NCBI RefSeq assembly: GCF_009914755.1
Contig: NC_060939.1
From: the human T2T-CHM13v2.0 reference genome, Homo sapiens
Length of the DNA: 64,000 bases
Reading direction: 5' to 3' (one strand)
This document shows positions 13,916 through 33,970 of the stretch, piece after piece (the stretch's first letter is position 1; each line of letters starts with the position of its first letter). The notes below the pieces were generated by a model. It had not been told where the DNA came from and searched no databases. It was given only the letters and a program-made list of their open reading frames with translations. The translations under genes were made by a program, and so were the position numbers.

Positions 13916-14760
13916 TCACACAGTCATTCTGAAGAGTGTAAGCCTAGCACAGGGCCTGGTATAGAGTAAGCACTCAAGAAACACAACTCCTTTCCTCCCT
14001 TCGACTCATCAAGAAAGCTGAGCCGAGGGAGCATCCACTTCCCCCAAGCCTCCCAGAACAGGGAATTTCCTCTGTGCATTTAACTTTGAGCAAGGGTATT
14101 GGGGTTTGACTCTCCAAAATGGGAAATGATCCACGGCAGTAACCTGGCCAAGCCCTGCTCAGTGGCCTGCCATGATCTGGTCCAGGCCCACGCTGTTGCC
14201 CTCCTGCCCACCGAACATTCAGGACTGGAGAGGAGGCTCACCCTGGAGCGGGCTAAGGAAGTGAGGTCATAGCCTGTGACAGCAATTTGGGAGTTGGGAG
14301 AGGCCTGCCAGCCCCTGCCAGTTCCTGGACCTTCACAGAGCAGTTGTTTCCTATGGTTCGGCTGGAATTTCAGGCAGGAATGTTGAGCAGACGGCAGTGG
14401 GGTAAGTGTAAATTCCAGAGGCTGAGGCAACATTTTGCAGAGGAGTTTTTTTTCCCTGCCAGCCTCTGGCCTCAAGCAAGCCCTTCCTGGGAGTGGGAGG
14501 AATTCGTTGGGCTTGGATCGCCTGGGATGCAGCTTCTCCTATGGTGAAGGGGAAATGATGGGTGCACTACTATGAGCCAGGCACTTTACATGGATGTAAC
14601 CCTTATATGGTCAATGGGATTTAACCTGCAAACTGAAGTCAACATTATTTTCTTTTTCTGTCCTTTTCAGCTTGCTTGCTTTCTTCTTATCCCTAAATAA
14701 AATCTCAGGCAGGTCTTGTAGGTTTTCTGGGCCCCTTCAGTTTCCAAGACAGTCTTAACC

Positions 14761-15378
<618 letters not shown>

Positions 15379-15534
15379 CAGTCTCACTTTGGTAAACGGG
15401 AACATCTGGGTTGTTTTATATCGCAACTCACAACTCCAAGGTGATTTCTCCCTCCCCACATAAGGAACGGTGCTGAATGTAGTGTTTGCCCTGAACTTTG
15501 TAATTTTCATTCCCATACATATCTTTTCATTTTG

Positions 15535-17260
<1,726 letters not shown>

Positions 17261-17580
17261 CACAGACCAGGAGGCTGTGATTTGGAAGCTGTAGAAACTC
17301 TGCACTTGGAGGGGGTGCCTCTGGGGCTGTTGAGGAGTAGGACTGGTGAGATAGACCAGTGAGTGGGTGGAGTGGGGGTGCTACATAGTCCTGGCTCTGG
17401 GCCCAGACCCCTGTTTCATCCAGAGCAGATTTGCTTTCATGCTTTATAACCTGGGGTTCTGTTTAACTCTTTGTTTGAAAAATCAGTTCTGCTTTAAAAA
17501 AAATAGATTTCTTTTAAACAAGTGACTGTGTTAAGGCATTGTTCCCAAAGGGTTATAGGTTAAAAAAAAAAAAAAAAGGA

Positions 17581-17882
<302 letters not shown>

Positions 17883-20800
17883 GGATGAGCCCTTCAGCCT
17901 TCAGCCTAAAAGTCTGCTCACCACTATCACTCTACATTGTGAATTAACCCTTCACGTGCAGCCCTCCCTCTTCTCATCCCCAGCTAGACGGCTTATTGGT
18001 GTATCCTCAACTGTCCAGCTAATAGGCTTGTTGATACGTTGATTCACTGATGAATGACCCTTTGAATAACTTGGCAGCATCATCTCATATTTGTACATTG
18101 TACAGTTCACAAAACAGGTTCATAGCTATCCTTTGCTTCAAAACTGCCAACACAGAGCCTCAAGGATTATGTGGTGGAAGAATCACTATCCTCACTTCAC
18201 AGAGGTGATCCTAGGTCTCGGGGAGATGAGGAGGCTTGAGGTCTTGTGACTGGGTGCTGGCAGATTGGAACTTGGACCCAGGCCTTTGAATCCCGGCATT
18301 GTGCCAACTCCACTGTTGAGTGTGGCCTGAAAACACGGCCTTAATCCAGCCGTTAATTAATAACTAACTTGTGTGTTGGCCTCTGCAGTTTACAAAGTCT
18401 CTCCCTTAGGTCATTTCTTTTAATCTCCACAATCCTTTGGTGGCTGGATGTTGTTATTATTTTCCCCCAACCTGTCCCTTTGCAAAGAGGGGAAACTAGT
18501 GCTCAGAGGGTTGAAGTGTCTTACCCAAGGGCACACAACTATGGCTACAGAGCTACACTCAATACCCAGCTTCCAGCTTCCCTGTCCTCTGTTCCCCATC
18601 CTCTGTTCCATCCCTCACTTTTCTTCCCATGGGCAGGCCCTGGAGATGTCTGAGCATGTGGGCTTTTCAGCCACCCTCCAGCAGCCTGAAGGCCTGGCTC
18701 TCCTGGGCAGGCCCAGGAAACGCCTGGCTCAGTGGTGCTGAGCAGCCCCTCCCATGAGGCCTCGAGTTGTTTTTCTTATCTAAATAAACTCTACACAAAC
18801 ATGGGCACATTACTCATGTGTGAGTTATTTGCGATAGCATAGCCCAGAGATGGGGAAATCAGTTCACACTGGAACTATGTCTCAACCTGGTCAAAAAACA
18901 AATGGGGAAATGGAGTTCTAGGCCCAGGGCAGCAAAACTCAAACCCACACCCCATCTCAAGCCCAGGGAAAACTTCTGCCCCTGGTCACATGCTCTGTGG
19001 ACCCCACTAGAGGGAAGACAGAACCCACCTGTGCCTAGGGAAGGACATGAGGGAGCTCCAAGGGGTGGGCTCTCGCTTCCAAGGCCAGCCTCTCTTCCCA
19101 CAGGCCATCTTGAGGAAAGACAGAGACACACCCGCAGAGCAGGAGATCTCTGCTTTATCCTCTAAGCATTTTGCAAAATGAGTGCTGGAATCCATACCTG
19201 GTCCTTCTCCCCACATGTAATTAGATTCCTTCAACTTTTGGACTTGGATCTTTCACCAGAAGGCCTTGAGATCAGGGGAGGGGCTTAAGGAGCTGCTATA
19301 TAAATGAAGACGTGTAACTTAGCTCAGTGCCTGGCAGGGACTGGCTGCTTTCATTACGGTTGAGGGGCAGTTGTTTGTGTGTGTGATGGGAAAGAGAGAT
19401 GATGCTAAAAGCTGTTTATCTTGGCCCACCATCACATACCTTCCCAAAGGCTTACACACCCACTCTCTCAGGCATGTTTATTACCTCATCATTTAGGTGA
19501 GGGCCTCTCAGAGAAGTTCTATGATGTGCTGGAGGTACCCACGGGATGTCAGTCATAAACCATGGAATGTGGGTTTTGTGTTTGCAAAGGGCTCTTGGAC
19601 ACAGGATCTCAAAGGAATTCTTGACAGAGCTAGAAAAAGAGCCTTAGCCCCCTGACCCCTAGATCAGCAGATTTTGCTTCCAGAAAATGTTTCTAGGATG
19701 CCCAGCTCTCTGGATATGACTCATATTGGTCCCAAGGAATGACAGCCCTGCACATGGCTTCTGCCCCAGGGCTCTGGAACTGTGCTGCCTGGCCCCTGTG
19801 GTCACAGGGATTCCTTGCTCCTCTTTACCAGCTTCAGACCAAGGGACTCGAGCTTGGAGAGGCTGTGGTTACTGTGCTGCGTGGGTCTTGTCCTGGAGAC
19901 CTTGTGTGATTCATCTTCGTGTTCCCACAGGGACTGTCACTAAGACAGGGCTGGGTTAAGACCCTTAGATATCCTGAAAGATCAGTCCTCCCTCATATGA
20001 AATTCAAAGAAAAACAATTCTAAATCTGAAAAAAATGCCACCCATCCATGTGGGCTGAGCTCAAAATAGCTTCCTTCTAGAGATTTTGATTGCAAAATCC
20101 TGGATGAATGCAATAAAGCTGAACTTTTTTCCTTGGCCTAGGAGTGGGGCAAGGAAGGGAGGGGTTTTGCCATTGGTCTAAGCACCTACTTGCTCTGCTT
20201 CCTGAGTCACCCAGATTGCCAAGGGGGTCTTGTACGTGGTAGATGTCAGCCCACGTCTTCTAAATTGAATGACGTGTGCCTGTTTCCCAGAAGAGGAATA
20301 AATCCAAGCAATAATGTGTCAAAGTATGGGCACAGAGTCTGAGCCAGCAAACACACACACACACACCCATGTGCACCCGTGCACACACAAACACAAGCCC
20401 ATGCAGGTACACAGAGGGGAAGGGGAGGGGGGGAGGGGGGAGGAGGGAGGAGGAAGATAATGTGTGGGGACCCAGCAACCTTTCTCAGTTCCAGTTTAAA
20501 TGAACAGCAAAATAAAAACATGTTGTTCTCTCTCATAATTAATAGATGTGCTTGGAGTTTCACCTCTTGCCAGGCCCCTCCCCTGGTGCTAACTGACCCT
20601 TTATGGACAAGGTTTCCACAGAAGGATCAGCTACTAACCCTGAACCACGTGGCTGGAAGGCTGGGCCTGGAACCTTTAACTTCACGGAAGATGCACCTCC
20701 ACAAAGGGATTTTAGAATTTCCTGTTGCAGCCCCAAGAAGAGGAATGCATTTCTACCTAAAACGGGCTTAGATCTGCTTAAAAAAATAACAACAACGGTA

Positions 20801-21835
20801 AAAATACACTTAATGAATGTGTAACAAACCACAAAAACCACAGAAAGTGGGGTTTGAGTTTGAGGGGGAGTGCATAATTGTGTGTATTTTAGACATTAAA
20901 TTAAGGTAACATGGCCTCATTTGGAAAAATCTGAGGGGAGGAAGGAAAGCACCATGAAAATGTGAGTTCCATGCTGGCTGGGAGTTCAACTCTACGGTAC
21001 CCAGTGAAGCGTCAAGGGTGGAGAGTGTTCCTTTGTCAGTGTGTGTGTACATTTGTTTTTCATTCATTCATTCAAATATTTACTGAGAGACTACTTTATG
21101 CCAGGCACTGTCCTGGACACTTGACAACAGAGCCATTAATTAGATATACAAGTTCCCACTCTGGCTACTCACGTCATTGGGAACAGAAATGATATTTTCT
21201 GGCTCTTGTATTAAACTAACTGCATGCTACTCAAGGGCAGCAGGCCAGGCTCTTCTCTTGTGGCATTTCTTCTACAAAGCACCCTGAAGTGTGTGCCCAC
21301 AATGGATGCTCAGGCAATAGGCCCAATGTGTGCCCTGATGCCCTGGTAGGCACTAGACTTCCTTTTCTTCTATCACCTCCTCTCCTGCTCTTATCTCCTA
21401 GGCCTCCTGGGTGGCCTTGGCAGAATAAGGCCCTGAGAGTTTAGCAGTTGATTAAAGCTGGCAAGAACTTGAGGTGTTACTCTCTCATGGTCATTTGCAT
21501 CTAGTTATGGGAATTAGGTCAGAGCTAGGAGAGTCTCAAAGGCAAAAAGCTTTCAGCTAGAAGAATGACAGCTCCATGGCAGGGTGGAAAGAAGAATTCC
21601 AAGGCAGAGAAGAACCCAGAGAAGAACTAAGTAGCAGTGTCTGCAGTGGGTAATGAAAGGAGGGCACTGAGTCATGTATTTGCAGCTTGCAATGCCAGTC
21701 GGCTCCCTTCATCTTACAGATGAGGAAGCCAAAACTAGGAGTGTAAACAGCTTGCAAGCTGGGAGCAGGTCCATTGCTAGGACCAGGCCCTCCAGACCCC
21801 TGGGCACTCCAGTTGGTCCATTAATCAGGTCCTTA

Positions 21836-22241
<406 letters not shown>

Positions 22242-22568
22242 AAGAACTTCAGATAGTTTTCAGGCAAAGAGACTCTTTCCCCAGGTTGCAGCCATCCTCT
22301 TCATCTGTAAGTGAAGTCAGCTCTGATAAAGGGCTGTGTATCATCCTGTACTATGTGCCTATGTTTCTTCTGGTCCCTGTCATTTCCTAGTAATTATTTG
22401 AAGGCAGTGAAATATAGTGCAACTAAAACTGAAAAGAAACCATACAAGAAACAGCAGGATTGTGATCCAAGTCACCTAAATTTTAGCAGTTGGCACCTCA
22501 AACCAATCTTCACTTATATCTTTCCATGTGTACACTACAGATTAGACCTAGGACATCACCTAACCTAG

Positions 22569-23303
<735 letters not shown>

Positions 23304-24052
23304 CTCAGTTTCTTGATGATTAGTCAATTCATCTGCCAAACATTGGTTCATCATCTTTGATGTACTTAGGTACAGGCGCTGAGGGGAAAAAAAAGGCAAG
23401 ACAAGGTCCTTGACCTTAAGGGGCTTAAAATCTAGTGTGATGGATCAGTTCAGTAAACAAATAAATGCACTGACGGGTATAGGTATTAGTTGGAATAGAA
23501 GTCTGAACAGGGCAGAGTGGGGCTCAGTCCCTCCCTGGGAGTCAGAGAGGAAAAGGCTTCAGGAAGTGGGTGATGCTCAAACTAGTCTTGAGCAGAGGAG
23601 GAAGTGTTCATCTGGCTGAAGAGGTGGGATGTGAGGACTGAAGGGATGGACAGACCCCAGAAGGCAAGATAGGAGGGGCCTAAGCAAAGGTACAATGGAT
23701 GAAAGACTCGGGAGTATTTGTGATTTGCCTGGAGAGAAGATGTGATGTGGTGCATAACAAGAGGGATGAGGCCAGAGGTAGGGCAGGTCGCATCACCCAG
23801 TGCCTTCTATTCCATATGAAGGACTAGGGCTCTAGTCTCTGAATCTGTGCTGTCCACCAAGGTAGCCATTAGCCACATGTGGCTACAGAGCACCTAAAAC
23901 GTGGTCAGGCCAGTTTGAGATGTACACGTGAAATACACAATGGATTGCAAAGACTTCATATGAAAAATAATATAAAACAGAGATAATTTTATATTGATTA
24001 CATGTGGAAATGATAACGTACTAGATAAACTGAGTTAAATAAATATATTATT

Positions 24053-24472
<420 letters not shown>

Positions 24473-25562
24473 TTACATACATCACCCCTATTATATTTCT
24501 ATTAGACAGCACTGCTGTAAATAATGGCAAATCGCTAAAAGCATACTTTATTTTAAAGCAAGAGAGATGCAAATTCGACTTGTGCTTTAGAATGCTCACT
24601 CTGGCAGCAAGTAGAGAATGGAGACAATTAGAAAATTATTGTAACAATTGGTAGCAAGCAGTGATGGGGGCCTGAATTAAGATGAAGGCTGGGTGTTGGG
24701 GCGGTGGATTCCATGGTGCTTGAGGTGTGAGAAAGGTGGAGTCCCCAGGCTGCTGGCTTCTGTGACTGTAAATTATGGTGGAGTCCCTAGAGGAGGGAAG
24801 GTGGAGGAAGAGGTTCATGGAGAAAGATGACAAACTCAGTTCCGAACCAACTTTGAGTTGACTGTGGGCCACCAAACGGGAGGTCCAGGTGATTTGGTCT
24901 GATGTCTGAGCCTGTGGCTCTTGAGAGGAGTCTGGGCCGGATACTTGGATATGGGAGTCAGTTTATAAGGTTAGGTGAGACTCAAGGATGAGTGAGATCA
25001 CTCAGGGAGAGGACAGAAAAGAAAAGAGGCAAGTACTTGGCTCTGAGGAACACCAATACCTACAGGAGGGCAGGTGAAGAGGTCTGAAAAATAGAGCCTT
25101 CTACTTCCTGACAACAATGACATCCTATGATCCCTCACCTTAGGGCAGGTAACTCTCTGCTTCGTGCTGGGAGGTCCTTCAGTGGAGCCTGGTTTTCATT
25201 TGTTGATTTCAGAAAAACGACAAAAAAGTCACAGCTAAAGCTGAAGCTTTCCGGTCCCCTTGAATGCAGCTATTGATGATGAAGTGAGGCAGTGAGAAAA
25301 TAATCTGCCCCAGGTGCAATGTCACTTTTTAAAGCTGATGTGGCAAGACTAAGCTGGGGCAATCACTTTTCAGAGGGCCATTTGGTAATGGCATAAAAAG
25401 TAGAATTCTCCTTCTAGGGAATTATTCTTAAAAAAGTAATCAGGGATGTACACAAACGTGTATACACAAGAATGTTTAAAACAGCACTTTTAATAATACC
25501 AAATAAAATTGGAAAAAACCTCACTGTCCAAGTGTGGGAAACTGATTTAATAAGTTATGGTA

Positions 25563-25865
25563 GGCTGGATGCAGTGGCTCATGCCTCTAATCTTAGCACT
25601 TTGGGAGGCCAAGGTAGGCAGATTGCTTGAGCCCAGGAGTTGGAGACCAGACTGGGCAACAGGGCAAAACCCTGTCATAAGTTAAAAATATAAAAGATTA
25701 GCTGGGTGTGGTGGTGCATGCCTGTAGTCCCAGTTACTTGGGAGGCTGAAATGGGAGGATCACCTGAGCCCAGGGAATTCAAGGCTGCAGTGAGCTGAGA
25801 TTGCACTACTGCACTTCAGCCTGGGCAACAGGAGTGAGACTCTGTCTCAAAAAAAAAAAAAAAAA
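25563..25865 (+). mobile_element. AluJ within an old L1 fragment (about 25330-25970)
   Basis: Full dimer; flanking L1ME-like text (caagaatgtttaaaacagcacttttaataata). Confidence 0.88.
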
Positions 25866-26444
25866 TTATGGGAGATCCATGTGACAAAAAGCTCTACAGA
25901 CTTTCAAAACAATGTAGGAAATACGTATGTATTGACATAGAAAGATATTCACAATATGTTAAAAGAAAATGCAGGTGAGTGCAATATGATTATTTCTAGT
26001 TAGTGGCTGTTTTTTGTCTTCATTGTGGTTAAGAGCAAGGACTTAGGTGTAGCAGGCTGCCTGGATTGACTGGGCACAGCCACTCCCTGGTCTGACCTTA
26101 CCATGCTCAGTGCCCTCTTCTGAAAAGGGCATGATAATAACAAGAACCACAAGCAGTCGTGAAAACCAAACAAGTGAATCTAATCCATAGAAGTGTTGAA
26201 AATAGGGCCTAGCACTTGTAAGACTTCAATAGGTGCTAACCTTCATTATTTTTTAAAATGTCGTTAGTGAGATATAATTTACATACCATGCACTTCAACC
26301 ATGTCAATCAGTGGCAGGAAGTTCTCATGGGCTGCAGATGCTGGGCTGTAAGTAAGGTGCAGACTATTCCAGATGCGATGTTATTTTACGAGGTCAGGAT
26401 TCCACTCTTTCTCCTGTCACACACCCAGGGCCTGACTACACTGA

Positions 26445-26898
<454 letters not shown>

Positions 26899-27205
26899 TC
26901 CTTCTCTTTTTAAAATCTGTTTTTTCACTGAGTTATAACTTTTATACAGTATACCCTATTTCCTTTTAAAATTTATTTTTTTTAAAGTGTGGCCCAATAT
27001 ACATAATAAAATTTACCATGTTAACCATTATGAAGTATACAGTACAGTGACATTATGTATATTCATCCTTGTTCTGCTCTCATCACACCATCCACCTCTG
27101 GAACTCTTTTCGTCTTGCAGAAGTTCTGTACGCATTAAATACTAACTCTCATCGCCTCTTACCCAACCCTCTGGAAACCACCATTCTACTTTTTGTCTCT
27201 ATGAA

Positions 27206-27511
27206 TTTGTTTATTTATTCATTTATTTTGAGATGGAGTCTCGCTCTGTCTCCCAGGCTGGAGTGCAGTGGTGTGATCTCCACTCACTGCAGCCTCCACC
27301 TCCAGGGTTCAAGCTATCCTTCCGAGTAGTAGCTGGGATTACAGGCATGCACTACCACACCCGGCTAATTTTTGTATTGTTAATAGAGACGGGGTTTCTC
27401 CATGTTGGCCAGGTTGATCTCAAACTCCCAACCTCAGGTGATCCTCCCGCCTTGGCCTCCCAAAGTGCTATAATCCAAAGGGATTATAGGCATGAGCCAG
27501 CACGCCTAGCC
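27206..27511 (-). mobile_element. AluS
   Basis: Antisense dimer. Confidence 0.9.
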
Positions 27512-27645
27512 TGTATTTGACTACTCTACATATCTCATATAAGTGGATTCATAGAACATTTGCTCTTTTGTGACTGATTTATTTCACTTAACATGGTCTC
27601 AAAGTTCATTCACACTGTAGTATGTGTAAGAATTTCAACCCTTTT

Positions 27646-27945
<300 letters not shown>

Positions 27946-28136
27946 ATTTCAACCCTTTTGAAGGCTGAACAATCCTCTATTGTATGTCTATATCATATTT
28001 TGCTTCTCCATCTGTTGACAGATGCTTGGGTTGCTCCTGCCTTGTGGCTACTATGAATAATGCTGCTATGAACAGGGGCATACAAATATCTGTTTAAGCC
28101 CCTGCTTTTAGTTCCTTTGGGTATATGCCTCTGTTG

Positions 28137-28459
<323 letters not shown>

Positions 28460-29034
28460 TAATGTAAAAATAACATGCCTCTATTATTTTTAATGTAAAA
28501 CAATAAAAATAATTTAAGGTCATACACTCTCACTGCATTTGTAGAACTCTATTTTCATTTCAATGCATCCTCTCTGGTGGCTGTTCATATGCAGGTATTT
28601 TTAAAAGTAAATGCTACTATAATGAACCAACAATTTTCCAACTACTCTTTTTTATGTCCACATTGCTAACAGAACCATAGACCATGGGCCTGAGCCAAGA
28701 CTGATTTGTGACTTTATTATCTTGGAAAATAGGAAACGGAAAACACAGTGACCTCTATAAACATATATACGTACATACAAGATGTACGCAAGGACAAAAA
28801 CATATGAATTCAGAGAGGAAACTCACACAACATGTACCCGTTTCACTTAAATAACTGGGGCTGGACTTTGAAAGAATGAGATGTGAACAAGACCTCAGAG
28901 GCACAGGCAGAGACATCTTACATGCACACACATGTGAATCTCCACAACACCCCTGTATGCATAGAGAGTGCAACACACCAGGACACACATAAATGGTAAA
29001 AAATAAACTCATACACACACAACCTCACACTTAC

Positions 29035-29096
29035 CAGGATCTTCTCCTTGCCCCCAACTCCCAGACCGGCAATTTCTGAAGGCTGGGAAGGAGATC
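29035..29096 (-). ncRNA. Candidate internal exon of a minus-strand lncRNA
   Basis: On the minus strand: acceptor ctattttcagttctcttgcag| and donor CTG|gtaagtg. Confidence 0.4.
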
Positions 29097-29812
29097 CTGC
29101 AAGAGAACTGAAAATAGCTCTGTGAACCCTGCCCTGGGCTCCAAGTGCCCGCCCACAGCCCTGTCCCATGCTCCCAGCTCAGCCTTGGCCCCATGCCTCG
29201 GTCTGCACACAGCCCCAAGTCCAACCCCCTGCCCCAAATCTTTCTGAGTCAGACCTGCTCTCTCTCAATACTTTCCTTGGACAGTACCTGTATCCAGCTC
29301 CTTCTGTCATAGTCATTCTCCCAAGGACACTCTGTAATCCACGCCAGAAATTCTGCTGTGGGCTTTGGGGACATAGGGACCCACGCTGGGCTAGCAGTAA
29401 GGGGCTGGTATTCCACGGCCAGTCAAGCTTGGGCCAACAACAGCTGAACTGCCTGCCTCTCTGGTCCCTCCTCCATAAAGCAGCAATGCAACAATCATCT
29501 TGTAGACACTGAGAACTTTAAACATGACCACATCCTTGAAGTCCCAAGCCCAGTCCTGGCATAGGGCAGCCCCACAAATGGTGTTAATCTCCTGCCCTCT
29601 GTTCCCTAAGCTGTCAGATAGGGCAACGCCTAAGCCTGCATGTTTTAGGGGTTGCTGTGAGACAGGAATTTTTAATAATTTTGACTAAGTTCTCCACATG
29701 TAAGATATCATGACCACCGAACTGAACAGTGCTGGAAGCCAAAGGTTCTATCTTTCGAACAAACTAGAGAGCAATTGGTCTATTGACTAATGTATGTTGA
29801 ACACTACGTTAG

Positions 29813-31690
<1,878 letters not shown>

Positions 31691-31889
31691 AAATGTATAT
31701 AATTATTTTGTGTATATGTAATTTGTTTTACATAGTAGCATTATGCTATTCCTTTCCCTCTGTGTCTTACTATTTTCTGTTGGAACTGTGTTTAAAATCT
31801 ATACATTTGTTTTATGTACATGGAATTCATTGCTTCTCACTTTTGCATAGCACTTTATGGTATGCATGAATCACATCCATGTATATTGA

Positions 31890-32080
31890 GAACCTACTAT
31901 GTGCTTGTACCAAGCTTTCTATATGATTTAATCTGATTCCATACAGCAATCCTAAGAAGGTGTTGTAATTATCACATTTTATGGATGAGAAAACTGACAC
32001 ACACAGAGTTAAGGAACGTGCCCAGAGTCACACAGCCGGAAGTGGAAGAGGTAGAAGTTTAACCCAGGTCATTCTGGTGC
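31890..32080 (-). mobile_element. MIR
   Basis: cattttatggatgagaaaactgac…gcccagagtcacacagc. Confidence 0.75.
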
Positions 32081-33789
32081 CACAGAAGAGCTCACACGTG
32101 TAAGGTGTTACAAAGAGCTATAGGTAGAGATCTGACTGTAGACAGAGGCTCTCTCTTAGGTGAGGGCACTCTGATAAAAGTTCTAGTCCTGATTTGGCTA
32201 CTTATCTTCACAGTGCAAATCACCTTCCCTTACAGACATCACTTTCTGTCTGTGTAAGATGAAGATGATTTTAATGCTTTTTCTAGATTCACTACTTGTT
32301 GATTAAATACCCTTAAGCTAATGGGAAAATAATCAGAATTGAAGTCAGGTGTTTGTTTCTTTCGTGTATTTGGAGGGGCTGGCCTACCTGGGAGCCACTC
32401 CAAATACACGAAAACCCTCTGATGTGTCTATTCACGAGGTGAACTGTTCATAGGATGGACTATTCCCAGGGAAACAGTTGCTGTCTCCACTTCCATCCCA
32501 CCTCTCCTGAACTTTGCACTTACCATGGTGAAAAATTAACTGGGCTAATGTTTCCCTCCCAAGGACAACCTCTGCAAAAGCAGGTATGGCTGGGCCCCAA
32601 AAGACCAGGTGCCAGAACAGAGTTGTACCCATCCAGAGCAGCCCACCCATTCACTGCCCAAAGTCAAGATCAAGAGAACATGCAGGGTCTTCTCAGCACT
32701 GGAAGAATCAGTTCCTCAGCCCTCCTCAGAGCTTTCTGAAACTGGACTTAGTCCCCCAGTGGAGGGACTTCTCTTGGAGAAACAGGCCTGAGGAGAAAGA
32801 ACTAGCCCAGAAATGGCACTTATTAGACTTGTAGGTGGGTCCAGCACTATTTTTCTGCATGCACAGCTGTTCTTGTCACACGGATGCCAGCAGGGAAGCA
32901 TGGTTCTGCCACACTAACTAGCTGGCTGCCTAGTTATTTCCTCCCCTCAGGAAAATGAGAGGGCTGAATGAGGGCCCCTTCCCATACCATGATTTTACAG
33001 GGTGAAGTACCTGTCAGGTCCTTCTACTACATGTAATCCTCACATCTCTCTGACGCTCTTCCTCTACAGTGCAAATCACTCTCCTTCAGCAGACATTGCT
33101 CTCTCTGTAACATAAAGGACTTGAACTACAGGAGGACAGTTACAATGCTCTTTCTGGATCCACCACTCTGCACAGTGAGAACCGCTTGCTCCATTCTTAC
33201 AGCGGAGAGAACGGACGCTGCCCAAGGGGAAGAAGAGAAAGAGCCGGGATTGGAAGCCAGGCCAGTCACTGATGGATCCTGAGCCCCTCTTACTTTCTTT
33301 GGCTACCTCTCAATGGTTGGACTTGTTCAGGTTAAGATTAACACTTTACTGGACGATGATGACTGCAAGGCCCCTGCCCATCTTTGCCCACTCAGTCACA
33401 TCATCCTCATCCCCACCCTTTGATGCTTCTCTAGGCTGTGAACGCCTTGAAAACCTTAGTCTTTTATTTTGGAAGTTCAGGAACTGAATAGGAGGGCTGC
33501 AACTCAGAGCTGCTCCGTCAATGTGTGTTAAACTTATTTGACCTCCCTCCACCACTTTTCATGGCATTAGCAATGCAAACCTTTTCACATGAGCTTCCCA
33601 CAGCCACCCTAGGAGATCGCGAGGGAAGCCACCTCTAGCCCCATTTTACAGGTGAGCAAATAATCCTTGCAGTGTTACAACAGTGTGCCCGTGTAGAGAA
33701 CTGTTTTGCAAAGAGCTCGATCAATGATGTCATCTTTGCCTTCCGTGACCCAGGCAGCTGGGTGCAGTCTCAAGATCGTAGACTGAGGC

Positions 33790-33970
33790 TTCAACAAAGT
33801 ATTGGGTTCAAATTCCAGCTCTGCCACTTGGAACCCTGAGTAAGTAATGTAATCTCTCTGTGCCTCCGTAAACGTGAGGCACAGGAACATCTACCTCACC
33901 AACCACTGTTAAGACTGAATCAAAGGGCAGCAGGCGGACTACCCGGAATGAAGAAAGCAATCAATAAATG
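33790..33970 (+). mobile_element. MIR carrying a GTAAGT donor at 33840
   Basis: gggttcaaattccagctctgccactt…aatctctctgtgcctc…tctacctcac. Confidence 0.7.

Noticed and set aside
19003-19017. CTCF-like CCACTAGAGGGA (also weak matches near 37126 and 37468)
   Set aside because: Key positions deviate from the consensus; cannot be supported without a PWM scan or ChIP data.
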